Assembly: GCF_004010195.1 (NCBI RefSeq)
Contig: NC_057720.1
Coordinates: forward strand, 5,919,634-5,961,915
Origin: Chiloscyllium plagiosum
Taxonomy: Eukaryota
Reading direction: 5' to 3'
DNA length: 42,282 bases
Numbering within the stretch: the stretch's first letter is position 1; each line of letters begins with the position of its first letter. Both the position numbers and the translations under genes were made by a program. The notes beneath the pieces are model-generated. The model was not told the DNA's origin. It saw only the letters and a list, made by a program, of their open reading frames with translations, and searched no databases. Of this stretch, positions 23,860-35,605 are shown piece after piece.

Positions 23860-24500
23860 TGACTCGCTTGCCTTCATTCTTCAGACCATTGAGAATAGCA
23901 GTCGGGATGTCATATTGTGGTTATACAGGACGTTGGTGAGGCCACTTCTGGAGTACTGTGTACAGTTCTGGTCGCCCTGTTGCAGGAAGATATTACTAAA
24001 TTGGAGAGGGCTCAGAAAAGATTTACCATCACGTTACCAGGACTGGAGGGTTTGAGTGATAATGAAAGGCTGGGATGTTTCTCACTGGAGTGTAGGATAT
24101 TGAGGGGTAACCTTATTGAGGTTTAGAAAACCATGAAGGACATAGATAAGGTGAAGAGCGATGGTCCTTTCCATAGATTGGTCAAGTTCAAAACTAGATG
24201 GCATAATTTTAAGGTGGGAGGAGAAAGATTTAGGAGGAACCCGAGGGATGACTTTTACACATAGAAAATGGTTCACATGTGGAATGAACTGCCGATGAGG
24301 TGGTAGATCCAGGTACAGTTCCAACATTTACAAGATATTTGGACTTAGAGGTGCCAGTATTGGACTGGGTGGACAAGGTTAAAAAGCACATGACACCGGA
24401 TTATATTTATTTGGAAGCTAAGCTAAGGAAAGCTAAGACATTCGGAGAGGTACCTGGATAGGAAAGATTTAGAGACATAGGCCAGGTGCAGGCAAGTGGT
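23860..24500 (+). mobile_element. CR1-clade 3' fragment with a decayed family B insert (~24345-24450)
   Basis: LWLYRTLVRPLLEYCVQFWSP and LRGNLIEV. Confidence 0.85.
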
Positions 24501-25389
24501 TTTGGAGGTTGGTTGCAGACAGTGATTGAGCTAAAATCATCAATAACCCACTCTGAGTTCCAGCCCAAGAATCCTCAGACTTTACTTTGCTCGGTGCACT
24601 TGGTGGATAGGAGGCTGCGTGATGATGAGGCAAGATCTGTTGTTCATGATTTCACAAGCAATAATCCATCATAATAGGCAACTCATTGTTGCTTAGTGAC
24701 AATCTTGGCTCCAGTGCAGCAGTCATAGGAACGATGTGGTGAGTTGCTCCCAGTGTTGAGGGAGATTTCCCGTCTGATTCAACCACACGATCTTGTCATA
24801 GCCCACATTGTTCAGGCCCCTAAAGATTCTGCTACATGAACCTATCATCGATTGTTCCCAAAACTCCATATGCTTCACTGACATCTTTTTAGGGAAGGGA
24901 TTCGGCTGTCCTTACTTGATCTGGCCTACATGTGATTCCAGACCCACAGCAATGCAGCTGAATCATATCTGCCCCCTGAATTTGCCCCAGTACACCATTC
25001 AGTTCAAGGGCCATTGGGAACAAGCAAGAAATTCAGGCCTTGTTAGTGCTGTCTACTGTCCATTGATGAATCAAAAACAAGAAACTTAGGACAATCAGTC
25101 TTCCCTCGACATAGATCTCAGTCCCCACTCATTTTCGTCTAATACGTACCACCCAATGTTTCAGGCCAATGATCTTTCATTAGAATTTGTTGAACCCCTT
25201 GAACTCTCTGCATCAAAGCAATGTGGCATTGCCTTCCTTACATGTGATTGGCTCACCACGCCCTTCTCAAAGACAATTATCATCTGGAGGTAAAAGCAAA
25301 TTACTGCTGGTGCTGGAATCTGAAACCAAAAAAAGAGAAAATGCTGGAAAATCTCAGCAAGTCTGGCAGCATCTCTAAGGAGAGAAAAG

Positions 25390-25428
25390 AGCTGACATTT
25401 CGAGTCTAACTGACCCTTTGTCAAAGCT
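25390..25428 (-). ncRNA. Hammerhead-like motif, U3-A8 core variant
   Basis: agct-TTGACAA-A-GGGTC-agtta-GACTC-GAAA-T-GTC-agct on the minus strand. Confidence 0.7.
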
Positions 25429-25434
25429 TTGACA

Positions 25435-25473
25435 AGCTTTGACAAAGGGTCAGTTAGACTCGAAATGTCAGCT
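25435..25473 (+). ncRNA. Hammerhead-like motif, U3-A8 core variant
   Basis: agct-TTGACAA-A-GGGTC-agtta-GACTC-GAAA-T-GTC-agct. Stem I agct/agct, 5-bp stem II. Confidence 0.7.
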
Positions 25474-25652
25474 CTTTTCTCTCCTTAGAGATGCCAGACT
25501 TGCTGAGATTTTCCAGCATTTTCTCTTTTTGGTATCATCTGGAGGTCTTGCTAGCAACACTTACATTCAATGAGTGCACTGCAGAGTTGGTTGAATCTCA
25601 CGATGTTTCTGATTACCCCTCCATGAAAAGGGGTGAGTTACTTTTGTGTAAT

Positions 25653-25797
25653 AGGGTAAAAACAATGACTGCAGATGCTGGAAACCAGATTCTGGATCAG
25701 TGGTGCTGGAAGAGCACAGCAATTCAGGCAGCATCCGAGGACAGGCAAAATCGACGTTTCGGGCAAACAAGCTACTTCACCCAAGAAGGGCTTTTGC
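25653..25797 (-). mobile_element. Short PLE-repeat derivative (family A) with 14-bp TSD
   Basis: tacttttgtgtaat at 25639-25652 and 25798-25811. Shares sequence with 635-828. Hammerhead scrambled. Confidence 0.82.
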
Positions 25798-26526
25798 TAC
25801 TTTTGTGTAATGCTTTGCGAAATCTCAAGATTTCATGAAAGGTGTCCCTAAGAATGAACTACATTTGAGATACAATTACATTGTACATTGGCAGTGAACC
25901 TGTAAACAGGGAGGTCTTATGAGAAAGATAGCAAATGCCTGAATTTGTGGCTAACATCTTCCTGGTGGTTAAGGGATTGGTGATGATAGACACCAAGTCC
26001 AAAATTGCACTTTTTACCTTTTTCTCAGAACATATTTTATTTATCTCACACTGGGTTCAATATAGAGCTCGGCTCACCTCAGCCTACGCATGCAGCCATT
26101 ATGACATCCTGAATTAAGCTCAGATACAGTCATTTGGAAATGGAGACTAGCCAAGAGCCTTAGAAGTAGATTTAATTGCAAATTTTACAATCTTGTTTTC
26201 CCCCAGCTTTTGTTTTTAGTGTCAGCGCTGGGGCAGGAAGAAACCAAAGGGGAGAAAATCTGGATTCTTCGAAATGGGCCAAAATTCAAAGGAAAACAAT
26301 TATTATTTTGAACCATCACTACAGCTAAAAGGCAACAAGCAAGGAACCAAATGGATAAAGTTACAGCATTTTTAACAGCTTCAGTATCAGACCCAACATC
26401 ATTAAAATCAGAACGAAGTAAGTTTTTCTCAAATTACACAGATGTTCTACTGGCCTTGGGAGATGCGGTGAATCCCGGAGGCCAATAGCACAGCTTGTTT
26501 TCTCTCATATCCCTGTCACTTTACAG

Positions 26527-26610
26527 GTTGTCTTGTATAAGGAATACTTCAGCCCAGGAATAACAGGCAAAGGTGTGGTGATTGGCACTGCCAACATCCC
26601 TAACCGTAAG
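26527..26610 (+). CDS. Candidate 84-nt symmetric exon VVLYKEYFSPGITGKGVVIGTANIPNRK, unidentified
   Basis: Acceptor ttgttttctctcatatccctgtcactttacag|G and donor AAG|gtaaca. Only the phase-0 frame is open. Confidence 0.25.
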
Positions 26611-26725
26611 GTAACATTTGAGCATACAGAGAACACATAGACAAGGAATAAGAAAAGCCTAATTGGCCCTTTGAGATGGGTCCACTATTCAACAAGATTA
26701 TGCTTGTTCTGATTTTAACCTCAGC

Positions 26726-26851
26726 CTTCACCCAAGAAGGAGCAGTGCTATGAAAGCTTGCAATTTCAAATGAACCTGTTGGATTATAACCAGGTATCGT
26801 GTGACTTCACCTCTTGGTCCACATCTGTCCAACACCAGCACCTCCACATCA
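26726..26851 (+). mobile_element. Decayed family B PLE-repeat derivative with 16-bp TSD
   Basis: tgattttaacctcagc at 26710-26725 and 26852-26867. Contains gaaggagcagtgctatgaaagct and aacctgttggattataacc. Confidence 0.82.
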
Positions 26852-27119
26852 TGATTTTAACCTCAGCTGTACATATCTCCGATATGTTTTCATCTTTTTG
26901 GCCATCAAGAATATATCTACCTCTACCTTTAAAAAGTATTTAATGAGTCTGCATCCATTGCCTTGGAGGAAGGCAATTCTCAAAACTCACAAACTTCTGA
27001 GAGAAAAAAAATGTTTTTCCAACTCTGTCTTAACTGGGATCCCCCTTATTTTTAAAACTATCACCCCTAGCTCTAGATTCCTTGACCAAATGGACCCAAT
27101 GGACAGTAGTCCATCCTAG

Positions 27120-29140
27120 ACTGGGTATCGCATTATGAAAGGATTAATTAGCAACATTCTGGTGTGAGATTCTTTGAGGAAGAGTGATCATAATATGGTA
27201 GAATTCTTCATTAAGCGGGAGAGTTACACAACTAAATCTGAAACTATTGTCCTGAACTTAAGGAAGTTAATCCTGATACCATGAGGCAGGATAAGTTGAT
27301 GAAGGATATTCAAGGGGTTGACAGTGGATAGGCAATGGTAGATATTTAAAGAATGCATGGATGAGCTTCAACAATTGTCTCAACCAGGGTTAACAAGGGA
27401 AATCAGGAACAGCATTAACATCAAAGAGGAAGCATATAAATTGTCTGGAGAAAGCAGCAAACCTGAGGACTGGGAGAAATCTAAAACTTAGCAGAGGAGG
27501 ACAAAAGTTTTAATTCAGAAAGGGAAGATTGAATATGAAAACATAAAAAACTGACTTCAAAAGCTTCTATAGATAGGTGATGAGAAAAAGACTGGTGAAG
27601 ACAAATATAGGTCCCTTGCAGTTAGAGTCAGGTGAATTCATAATGGACAACAAAGAGATGGCAGATCAAGTGGACAAATATTTTGGAACTGTCTTCATTA
27701 AGGAGGACACAAATCACCTTCCGGTAATGCTAGGGGACAGAGGGTCAGGCATGATTACATTAGATTAGATTACATTACAGTGTGGAAACAGGCCCTTTGG
27801 CCCAACAAGTCCACACCGACCCGCCGAAGCTCAACCCACCCATACCCCTACATTTACCCCTTCACCTAACACAACGGGCAATTTAGCATGGCCAATTCAC
27901 CTGACCTGCACATCTTTGGACTGTGGGAAGAAACCGGAGCACCCGGAGGAAACCCACGCAGACACAGGGAGAACGTGCAAACTCCACACAGTCAGTCGGG
28001 AATTGAACCCGGGTCTCTGGCGCTGTGAGGCAGCAGTGCTAACCACTGTGCCACCGTGCCACCCACAAATGAAGTAGCAACTGAAGGAAATCCTTATTAG
28101 TCAGGAAATGGTAGTGGGGAAATTGATGGGATTAAAACCCAATAAGTCCCCAGGGCCTGATGCTCTGCATCCCAGAGCACATAAAGAAGTGGCCCTAGAA
28201 ATAATGGATATATTGGTGATCATCTTCCAGCATTCTGTTGTCTCTTGAAGAGTTCCAAGGATGCTAAGAGGCTGCAGGGAGACTTGGACAGACTGGCTGA
28301 GTAGGCAAATACTTGGCAAATGCAGTATAATGCGGATAAATGTGAGATTATCGATTTTGGTCACAAAAACAGAAAGGCAGATTATTACGTGAATGGTGGC
28401 ATTTTAGGAGAAGGTGAGGTGCAACAGGACCTGGGTGTCTTGGTGAACAGTCACTGAAAGTTGGTGTGCAAGTGCAGCAGGCAGTGAGGAACGCTAATGG
28501 CATGCTGGCCTTCATAGTGAGAGGATTGGATTATCAGAGTAAGGATGTCATGCTGCAGTTATACAGGGCCTTGGTGAGGCCACACCTTCAGTATTGTTTG
28601 CAGTTTTGGTCTCCTAGTCTGAGGATGGACACTTTTGCTATTGAGGGAGTCCAGCGAAGGTTCACCAGACTGATTCCTGGGAAGGCAGAGCTGACAGATG
28701 AGGAAAGACTGGGTCAATTGGGCTTGTACTTGCTGGAATTTAACAAAATGTGGAGGATCTCATAGAAATATATAAAACCATGATGGGACTGGTCAGGCTA
28801 GGTGTTGGAAGAATGTTCCCAATGTTGGGGAAGTCTGGAACAAGGAGTCACAGTCTAAGAATAAGGGGTAAGCCAGTCTGGACTGAGATGAGGAAGAATT
28901 TCTTCACTCAGAGAGCTGTGAACCTGTGGAATTCTCTTCCACAGGAAGCTGTTGGGGCCAGTCAATGAGATAGATTCGAGAAGGAGCTGGACATGGCGCT
29001 TGCAGCTCAAGAGACCAAGGAGTGTATGGGAGAGGCGGGAATAGGATACTGAGATTGCATGATCAGCCATGATCATATTGAATGATGGTGCAGACTCGAA
29101 GGTCTGAATGGCCGACTCCTGCACCTGTTTTCCATGTTTC
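27120..29140 (+). mobile_element. CR1-clade LINE ORF2, decayed, RT core deleted at ~28255
   Basis: SDHNMVEF, KSPGPDALHPR, then RLQGDLDRL, LQLYRALVRPHLQYC, FFTQRAVNLWNSLPQ and the 3' UTR. Confidence 0.9.
27752..28065 (-). mobile_element. HE1-like SINE inserted in CR1
   Basis: Reverse complement of the A/B boxes, core and tail, well preserved. Confidence 0.9.
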
Positions 29141-30399
29141 AATTTTCTCACAAGAGGAACATTCTTTCAACATCCACCCGGTCAATTCTCCCTCTGCACC
29201 TCCTTTGTTTCAAATAATGACTACTGCCTTTTCTAAACTCCAGAAGATACCTTGTATAACTTTTCCTCATCAGGCTGGTGCTCAAATGGACTTCAGCAGA
29301 TGGGAATCTTACCTAAATGTTAAGAATATTAAATTTCCAACAGATTGGAATCCTGACCGTTGGCTGCAGATGGAATGACTCTTACACTGAAGCTCCCCAC
29401 ACTAATACGTACACACCTCATCCCCTTCCCCGCACCCTCTTTGCCCAGATTACAACAGGGCCAGTACTGACAAGTACCAATCCCAGAGTAACAGCTGAGG
29501 TTATGATGTGGCCAATTCCTGGCTGGCCAGGGAGAATTCCTGCCCATTTAGTCCAATCCATGGCTATACATTTGGCCAAACACCAATGACCCCTGTGCCG
29601 CTTCTGGTGCCAACAATCTCCTGGAGGGCCTTCAGTGAATGTTCCCAAAAGCGAATTCTCATTGTTCAGGCTTTTTCTTTTCCCTTATTCACTCATGGGA
29701 CGTGGGTGTCACTGGCTGGGCCAACACTTATTGTCTGTCCCTGCTTGAGAAGGTGGTGGTGAGCTGCCTTCTCGAAACGCTGCAGTCCATGTGCTGTGTG
29801 TAGACCTAACTGCTTTCTCGATGGCGAGATATTACTAATTGTTGGCCATTATGTTTGAGACGGGTTGTGAATGGATACATTTGGAAGTGCAATTTGTAAC
29901 TGTGCTTTTAATGCCTTGTGTGATGTGAGTTGCCTCCAGCATGTTATTTTACCTGAAGTAGCAATGTTTACATTGTCTCCTGCAGCAGAAGAGACCAGGC
30001 ATGGATTTGTATTGCCGAATCCAACAGATGGTTATTACAGCTGTTTCATACAAATAATACATTCACGAGTGTTTGGGCTAACAGTTAGATAATGGACTCC
30101 AATAGAGGAGATGTATGCCACTCCTTATTGACAGGATGTGCCATTGTAGATTGTTGGCCAATGTATATTGCTCATGGCTAATTGCCCATAATTTTTAGCC
30201 AACCAGATCATTGTGGGTCTGGAGTCACATGTAGGCCAGACCAGGTGAGGATGACATATTTCCTTTCCTAAAGGACATTTATAATACAATGTGTTCCCAG
30301 TCAAGGAATCAAGGGTTATGGGCAAAATGCAAGACAGGGGATGTGCTCATCCAATATCATATTGAATGGCAAAACAGGCTGAAGGGGATGAATGGCCTT

Positions 30400-30720
30400 T
30401 GTTTTTAAAACTTTGCTTGTGGGCATCACTGCCTGGGCTAGCATTTATTGTCTGTCCCTAGTTGCCCCTTGAGAAAGTGGTGGTGAGCTGCCTTCTTGAA
30501 CCACTGCAGTCCACCTGTTGTGGGTTGATCCACAATGCCCTGAGGGAGGGAATTCCAGGATTTTGACCCAGCGACAGTGAATGAACGGTGATATATTTCC
30601 AAGTTAGGATGCTGAGTGGCTTGGAAGGGAACTTTCAAGGGATAGTGTTCCCATGTATCTATTGTCCTTCTAGATGGATGTGGTTGTGGAAGATGCTATC
30701 TGAGGATCTTTGGTGAATTT
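30400..30720 (-). mobile_element. 3' end of the CR1/L2-type LINE family seen at 4776-6790 (also at ~29680-29810 and ~41130-41750)
   Basis: Minus ORF RSFTVAGSKSWNSLPQGIV...FKKAAHHHFLKG. Confidence 0.82.
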
Positions 30721-31144
30721 CTTTTGCTCCTATTACTCATGGTCGTATAGGGTGGATCAATTTTGTCATATGTCACATATCACCATTAGGTTAACTTTTT
30801 AATCCCAGATTTTCATAGAATTCAAATTTCACTGCTTTCCTGACAAAATAAAAAGAGGCCATTTGGCTCCTTAAACCTCCTCTGCCATTTAATAGAATCC
30901 TAGCTGATTGGACATTCCTCTACACAGCCATGTCCATCATGAGATTCAAATCCCTGGTCTCAGGGATGTGTCCGGGGCAATGGATTACTAGCCCGTTGGC
31001 ATTACCACTACACCATCAGCTCTCCTTAAAGAGCCCTTGTGTGGATAAGGTGTTTATGGGATTTTTACATTGTCATTTCACAGGCCGTGCTACAGTGATG
31101 ATATCATGAGAATATCTCTGATGGGTTATTTGCTGACTGCAACA

Positions 31145-31435
31145 CGGTGTTAATTCCAGGGTTTGATTGCACCCTCAGGCAACTGTCTGCGTAGAGTTTG
31201 CACATTCTCCCCGTGTCTGTGTGGGTTTACTTTGGCCGCTCCAGTTTCCTCCCACAATCCAAAGATGTGCAGGTTAGGTGAATTGGTCATGCTAAATTGC
31301 CCATGGTGTCCAGGGATGTGCAGGTCAGGTGGATCAGCCAGGGGAAATGCAGTGATTGGGTGGGATGTCTTTGGAAGGTCAGAGTGGACTTGATGGTCTG
31401 AATGGCCTGCTTTCACACTGTAAGGATTCTATGAC
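31145..31435 (+). mobile_element. HE1-like SINE, diverged
   Basis: Core gagtttgcacattctccccgtgtctg and tail. Confidence 0.8.
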
Positions 31436-32404
31436 ATTGTGTGTTTTGAGCTCAATCCATCTCTTCATCAGTGTCCTCAGTCTCCATGGGACCAGTAATG
31501 TGATTACTTTAAGTCCTTTGTTCCAAGGATATGAAAAGAGTGACATTAGCTGATGGATGAAAACACAATCCACAAAACACAACTGTAAGAAGGAACAACT
31601 TCATTATTCCCTGAAGCTTCCACAGTGGGTATAACCTGTGGCTAGAGACTAATTACCTGTGATATACAGTATTTTTGGTTAAGGATGGAAACCTGCTCTG
31701 AGCTTTCTGTTTACCTGGGTCTACATGACAGGCCCATGAGGGAACCTTGCCACATTCACTAAACTCTTTAATTTTCAATGACGATGCCAGAAATAGTGAA
31801 GTTTTATTTCCAACAAGTGAGAGAAGAGTCATATTGAACTCAAAATGTTAACTCCATTAGGACCAGCCGAGTTTCTCTATTACTTTCTGCTGTTATAATC
31901 AGTGATTTACAAAGACTTTGCACAATCTTCTGACTTTTGTAACAATATTCCGAAGCAGCCCTGCTATCGCCAAAACCTTTGTGCAAATAAAGCCCCAGGT
32001 CTCTTGTTTCCACAAGTAAATAATAGCCCATATTGGTTACGTTTGTTCTCCTTACACTTAACCTTTCACTCCTCAATGATCAATTTAGTGTGAGATGCAC
32101 TTCCAGTGATTTTTTTTAATATTTATTCATTCCTAGGATTGGCTGCAATAGCATTTATTACCCATCTCTAATTGCCCACAGGATAGTTAAGAGTCAGCCA
32201 AGTTGCTGTGGGTCTGGAGTCACATGTAGGCCAAACCCATGTTTCCTTCTCTAAAGGTTACTAGTGAACTAGACGGGTTATTCCAACAATCAACAATGGA
32301 GTCACAGTCACCATTGGACACTTAGCTCCAAGTTTGTATTCAATTCAAATTCCACCTTCTGCCTCAGTGGGATTTAAACCCAGATCTCTAGAACTTTAAC
32401 ATAG

Positions 32405-32491
32405 ATTGCTAGAAAAGCTCAGCAGTTCTTGCAGCATTTGTGGAGAGAAATCAGAATTAACATTTCGGGTTGTGTGCCCTTCCTCAGAACA
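32405..32491 (-). mobile_element. PLE-repeat fragment with hammerhead remnant (32457-32491)
   Basis: Minus strand reads gtt-CTGAGGA-A-GGG-cacacaa-CCC-GAAA-T-GTT-aat. Confidence 0.6.
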
Positions 32492-33074
32492 TTACTTGGG
32501 TCTCTGGATTAATACCGCCATGTCATCACTTCCCCTAGGTGTCAGTGGTAAATGTAATTGTGTCAGTGTTGTGGAGAATTGTGTGAAGAAGCAATAAATG
32601 TAACATTCTTCTGAACTTTTTGCAATTTGCCATTTGTGGCAAATGTGTTATAGCTCTCCATTAAGAAACAGAATCATTCCACAGTTATGGCAAGAGATAA
32701 CTTCATCAGTAAGGCACACAGCATCACAGAAGGCCAATGGCCACTCAGCCCATCTAGTCTGTGCTGGACAAAAAAAAACGAGTTGCCAGCCTTATCCCAC
32801 TTTCCAGCATTAGGTCTGTACCCTGCAGTTTATTTTCTCAATGTACATTCATAGACATTTTTAAATGAGCTCAGGCTCTCTGTCTCTACTCCCCTTCCAG
32901 GCAGTGAGTTCTAGAACCCTACCACACTCTGAGTGAAAATAGTTTCCTCACTTCCCCTCTGGCCCATCAAGTCTGTACAGCCAAAGTTACACTAAATCTG
33001 TACAAGACCCACTTTCCTGCACTAGGCCCGTAGCCCTGAATAGTATGACATTTCAAGTGCTCATCCAAAATAAG

Positions 33075-33420
33075 AATGTGAGAACTAGGAGTAGGAGTAG
33101 GCCATCTGGCCCCTCGAGGCTGCTCCGCTATTCAATAAGACTGTGGCTGATCTTTTCGTGGACTCAGCTCCACGTACTTGCCTGCTCACCATAACCCTTA
33201 ATTCCTTTACTGTTCAAAAATCTCTCTATCTTTGCTTTAAAAACGTTCAGTGAGGAAGCATCAACTGCTTCACTGGGCAGAGAATTCCACAGATTCACAA
33301 CCCTTTGGGTGAAGAAGTTCCTCCTCAACTCAGCCCTAAATCTGCTCCCCTTTACTTTGAGGCTATACTAGTTTCACCCACCAGTGGATACAACCTTTCT
33401 GCCTCTAACTTATTTATCCA
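33075..33420 (-). mobile_element. CR1 3' end
   Basis: ggagtaggagtaggccat 3' UTR and the antisense of RNFFTQRVVNLWNSLP. Confidence 0.8.
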
Positions 33421-33484
33421 AGCGCTTTTTAAAGATTGTAGGGGCTACCTGCCTCAACGCCCAGCCCAGGCAGTGAGTTCTATT

Positions 33485-33960
33485 CATAGAGTCATAGAGA
33501 TGTACAGCACAGAAACAGACCCTTCGGTCCAACCCGTCCATGCTGACCAGATATCCCAACCCAATCTAGTCCCACCTGCCGGCACCCAGCCCACATCCCT
33601 CCAAACCCTTCCTATTCATATACCCATCCAAATGCCTCTTAAATGTTGCAATTGTACCAGTCTCCACTTCATCCTCAAAGCTCATTCCATACACGTACCA
33701 ACCTCTGTGTGAAAAATGTGCCCTTTCAGTCTCTTTTATATCTTTCCCTTCTGACCCTAAACCTATGCCCTCTCGTTCTGGACTCCCCGACCCAAGGGAA
33801 AAGACTTTGTCTATTTATCCTATCCATGTCCCTCATAATTTTGTAAACCTCTATAAGGTCTCAGCCTCCGATGCTCCAGGGAAAACAGCCCCAGCCTGTT
33901 CAGCCTCTCCCTATAGCTCAAATCCTCCAACCCCGACAACACCCTTGTAAATCTTTTCTG
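33485..33960 (-). mobile_element. HER1-like CR1 3' fragment
   Basis: catagagtcatagag tail and KRFTRVLSGLEDLSYRERLNRLGLFSLE. Confidence 0.9.
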
Positions 33961-34103
33961 CTCTTTTGAAGGGAGGTTAGAGAGGCTTGATTGGTTGAAA
34001 CATTTACTTGAGGAATATACTGGTGCCCTCTTATTTGGAGGATGGAGAGGGGAGCAATTAAATAAAAAGGAATTTCTTCTTGAATTCAACAGGGAGGAAC
34101 AAA

Positions 34104-34503
34104 TGATTTCCTGCTGCTTTCTCAACAAAATCAGTCCCTGAGATAATTATGCTTCTCTCGTGAGATCTTAGCGAGTTACACTGCATCTTGTCTTTGCCAC
34201 CCTAATACCACAGGCTGAGTAGGTGCGAAACCCTTTACCCAATTTCCTGCCAGTACAGAAGCTTATACCTTCTTCCATATTCCTATCGGACAGGAAACTT
34301 GGGTGATTTCCTGCTGCTTTCTCAACAAAATCAGTCCCTGAGATAATTATGCTTCTCTCGTGAGATCTTAGCGAGTTACACTGCATCTTGTCTTTGCCAC
34401 CCTAATACCACAGGCTGGGTGGGTGCGAAACCCTTTACCCAATTTCCTGCCAGTACAGAAGCTTATACCTTCTTCCATATTCCTATTGGACAGGAAACTT
34501 GGG
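34104..34503. repeat. Tandem duplication, 2 x 200 bp
   Basis: 34104-34303 and 34304-34503 differ at 3 positions (gagtagg/gggtggg; atcgga/attgga). Confidence 0.97.
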
Positions 34504-34999
34504 AACCTCAAAGAAATGAGATGAAATGGGAAAGCAATAAGATTGAAATATATGGAAGCAAGGTGAGATTCGGAACTTGCTGTTTGAGGATGAAGAGGAA
34601 AATGGGAAAAATATTTCTGGATGTCAAGTTTTCAAACTTTTCCTTTTCACCATACTGTCTTGCCATTATCCACAGTAGAAAATTCCGCTCCTACCCACTT
34701 CACAGTGGGATTTGAACTTCCTATCTTTTGATGCAGAGATGGGGGTCCTCCCACTGAGTCGTGGAAGACAGTATGTGAAGGGCTTGGGGGGGAGAAATTG
34801 GCAGAATTTCATCCCCTTTTCTTGACATTATTTTCTGAAAACTTGCAGCAAAGAAAAAATAGTTTCTGGAAAATCGCACCTTACAGGAAGTCACTGGTGC
34901 TTATGCTCTCTAATGAAGCAGCTCCCACCATTTTTTAAAAAGAGTTGCAACTGTGGCAGGATCAGCACGAGTTAAAATAACTGAGAGAAGGTCCCATGC

Positions 35000-35120
35000 T
35001 GCTACCAGGCAAAATAACTTTGTGAAGGAAATGGCCTTCCTCATTAAGGAAGTCATGAAGGATGAAGGAAAGCTGTCTGGGAAGGGGAATGAAGAAATGT
35101 TCCCCGGGGGCGAGAGATAA
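35000..35120 (+). mobile_element. Possible Myb/SANT-like remnant (Harbinger-type accessory ORF)
   Basis: TRQNNFVKEMAFLIKEVMKDEGKLSG loosely fits the R..NF...E...L...V......LFG pattern. Short and ends in a stop. Confidence 0.25.
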
Positions 35121-35499
35121 AATCTACCAGGAGATTATCGAGAAAGGGAGCAGTGTTCTTTTTCTCCTTCACGGAGACATCCTGGAGTTCTGAAAGATGT
35201 ATTCATCTCAGAACCAGATCTAAAGAACAGAAGGCCAGATACCCTGAAGCTACAAGGTCACGTTGAAGGCAGAGCCCAGGAGAATATTGCTGCAACTCAC
35301 CAGGGCGCCTCCTGGGAGCATTGGCCAGGGAGTTACTGGGGACAGGGGGAGAAATGTATCAGGCAATGAACTGTGGAGGGTTGACAGGCAGGAACTGGAG
35401 CTGGAGGAGGAGGAGAGGCAGACACAAGCTAATGAAAAGTGAAAGAATGCTGAACCATTCGCTGTGGGGAGAAACAACAGGCGCAACAGCCTATAGGGC

Positions 35500-35605
35500 A
35501 GGGAGAGAGAGAGAGTAGGGGTGGGGGAGCCAACCATGAGTTTGGGGGAGAGAGAGAGAGAGGGAGAGAGAGGATAAATGCCGGGAGAGAAAGAGAGAGA
35601 GAGAT
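35500..35605. repeat. (GA)n-rich low-complexity tract
   Basis: Directly visible. Confidence 0.9.

Larger units (their letters stand above)
25292..25532. mobile_element. Palindromic PLE-type repeat derivative (family C) with 14-bp TSD
   Basis: Near-perfect inverted arms of ~95 bp around a tandem aagctttgac x2 centre. tatcatctggaggt at 25278-25291 and 25533-25546. Confidence 0.88.

Noticed and set aside
29418..29648. Minus ORF with a hydrophobic stretch and basic tail, like a transmembrane exon
   Set aside because: Poor splice acceptor, no recognisable family, and a short ORF expected by chance.
34104..34503. CRISPR-like or LTR pair
   Set aside because: Only two abutting units, with no spacers, no internal region and no TG...CA ends.
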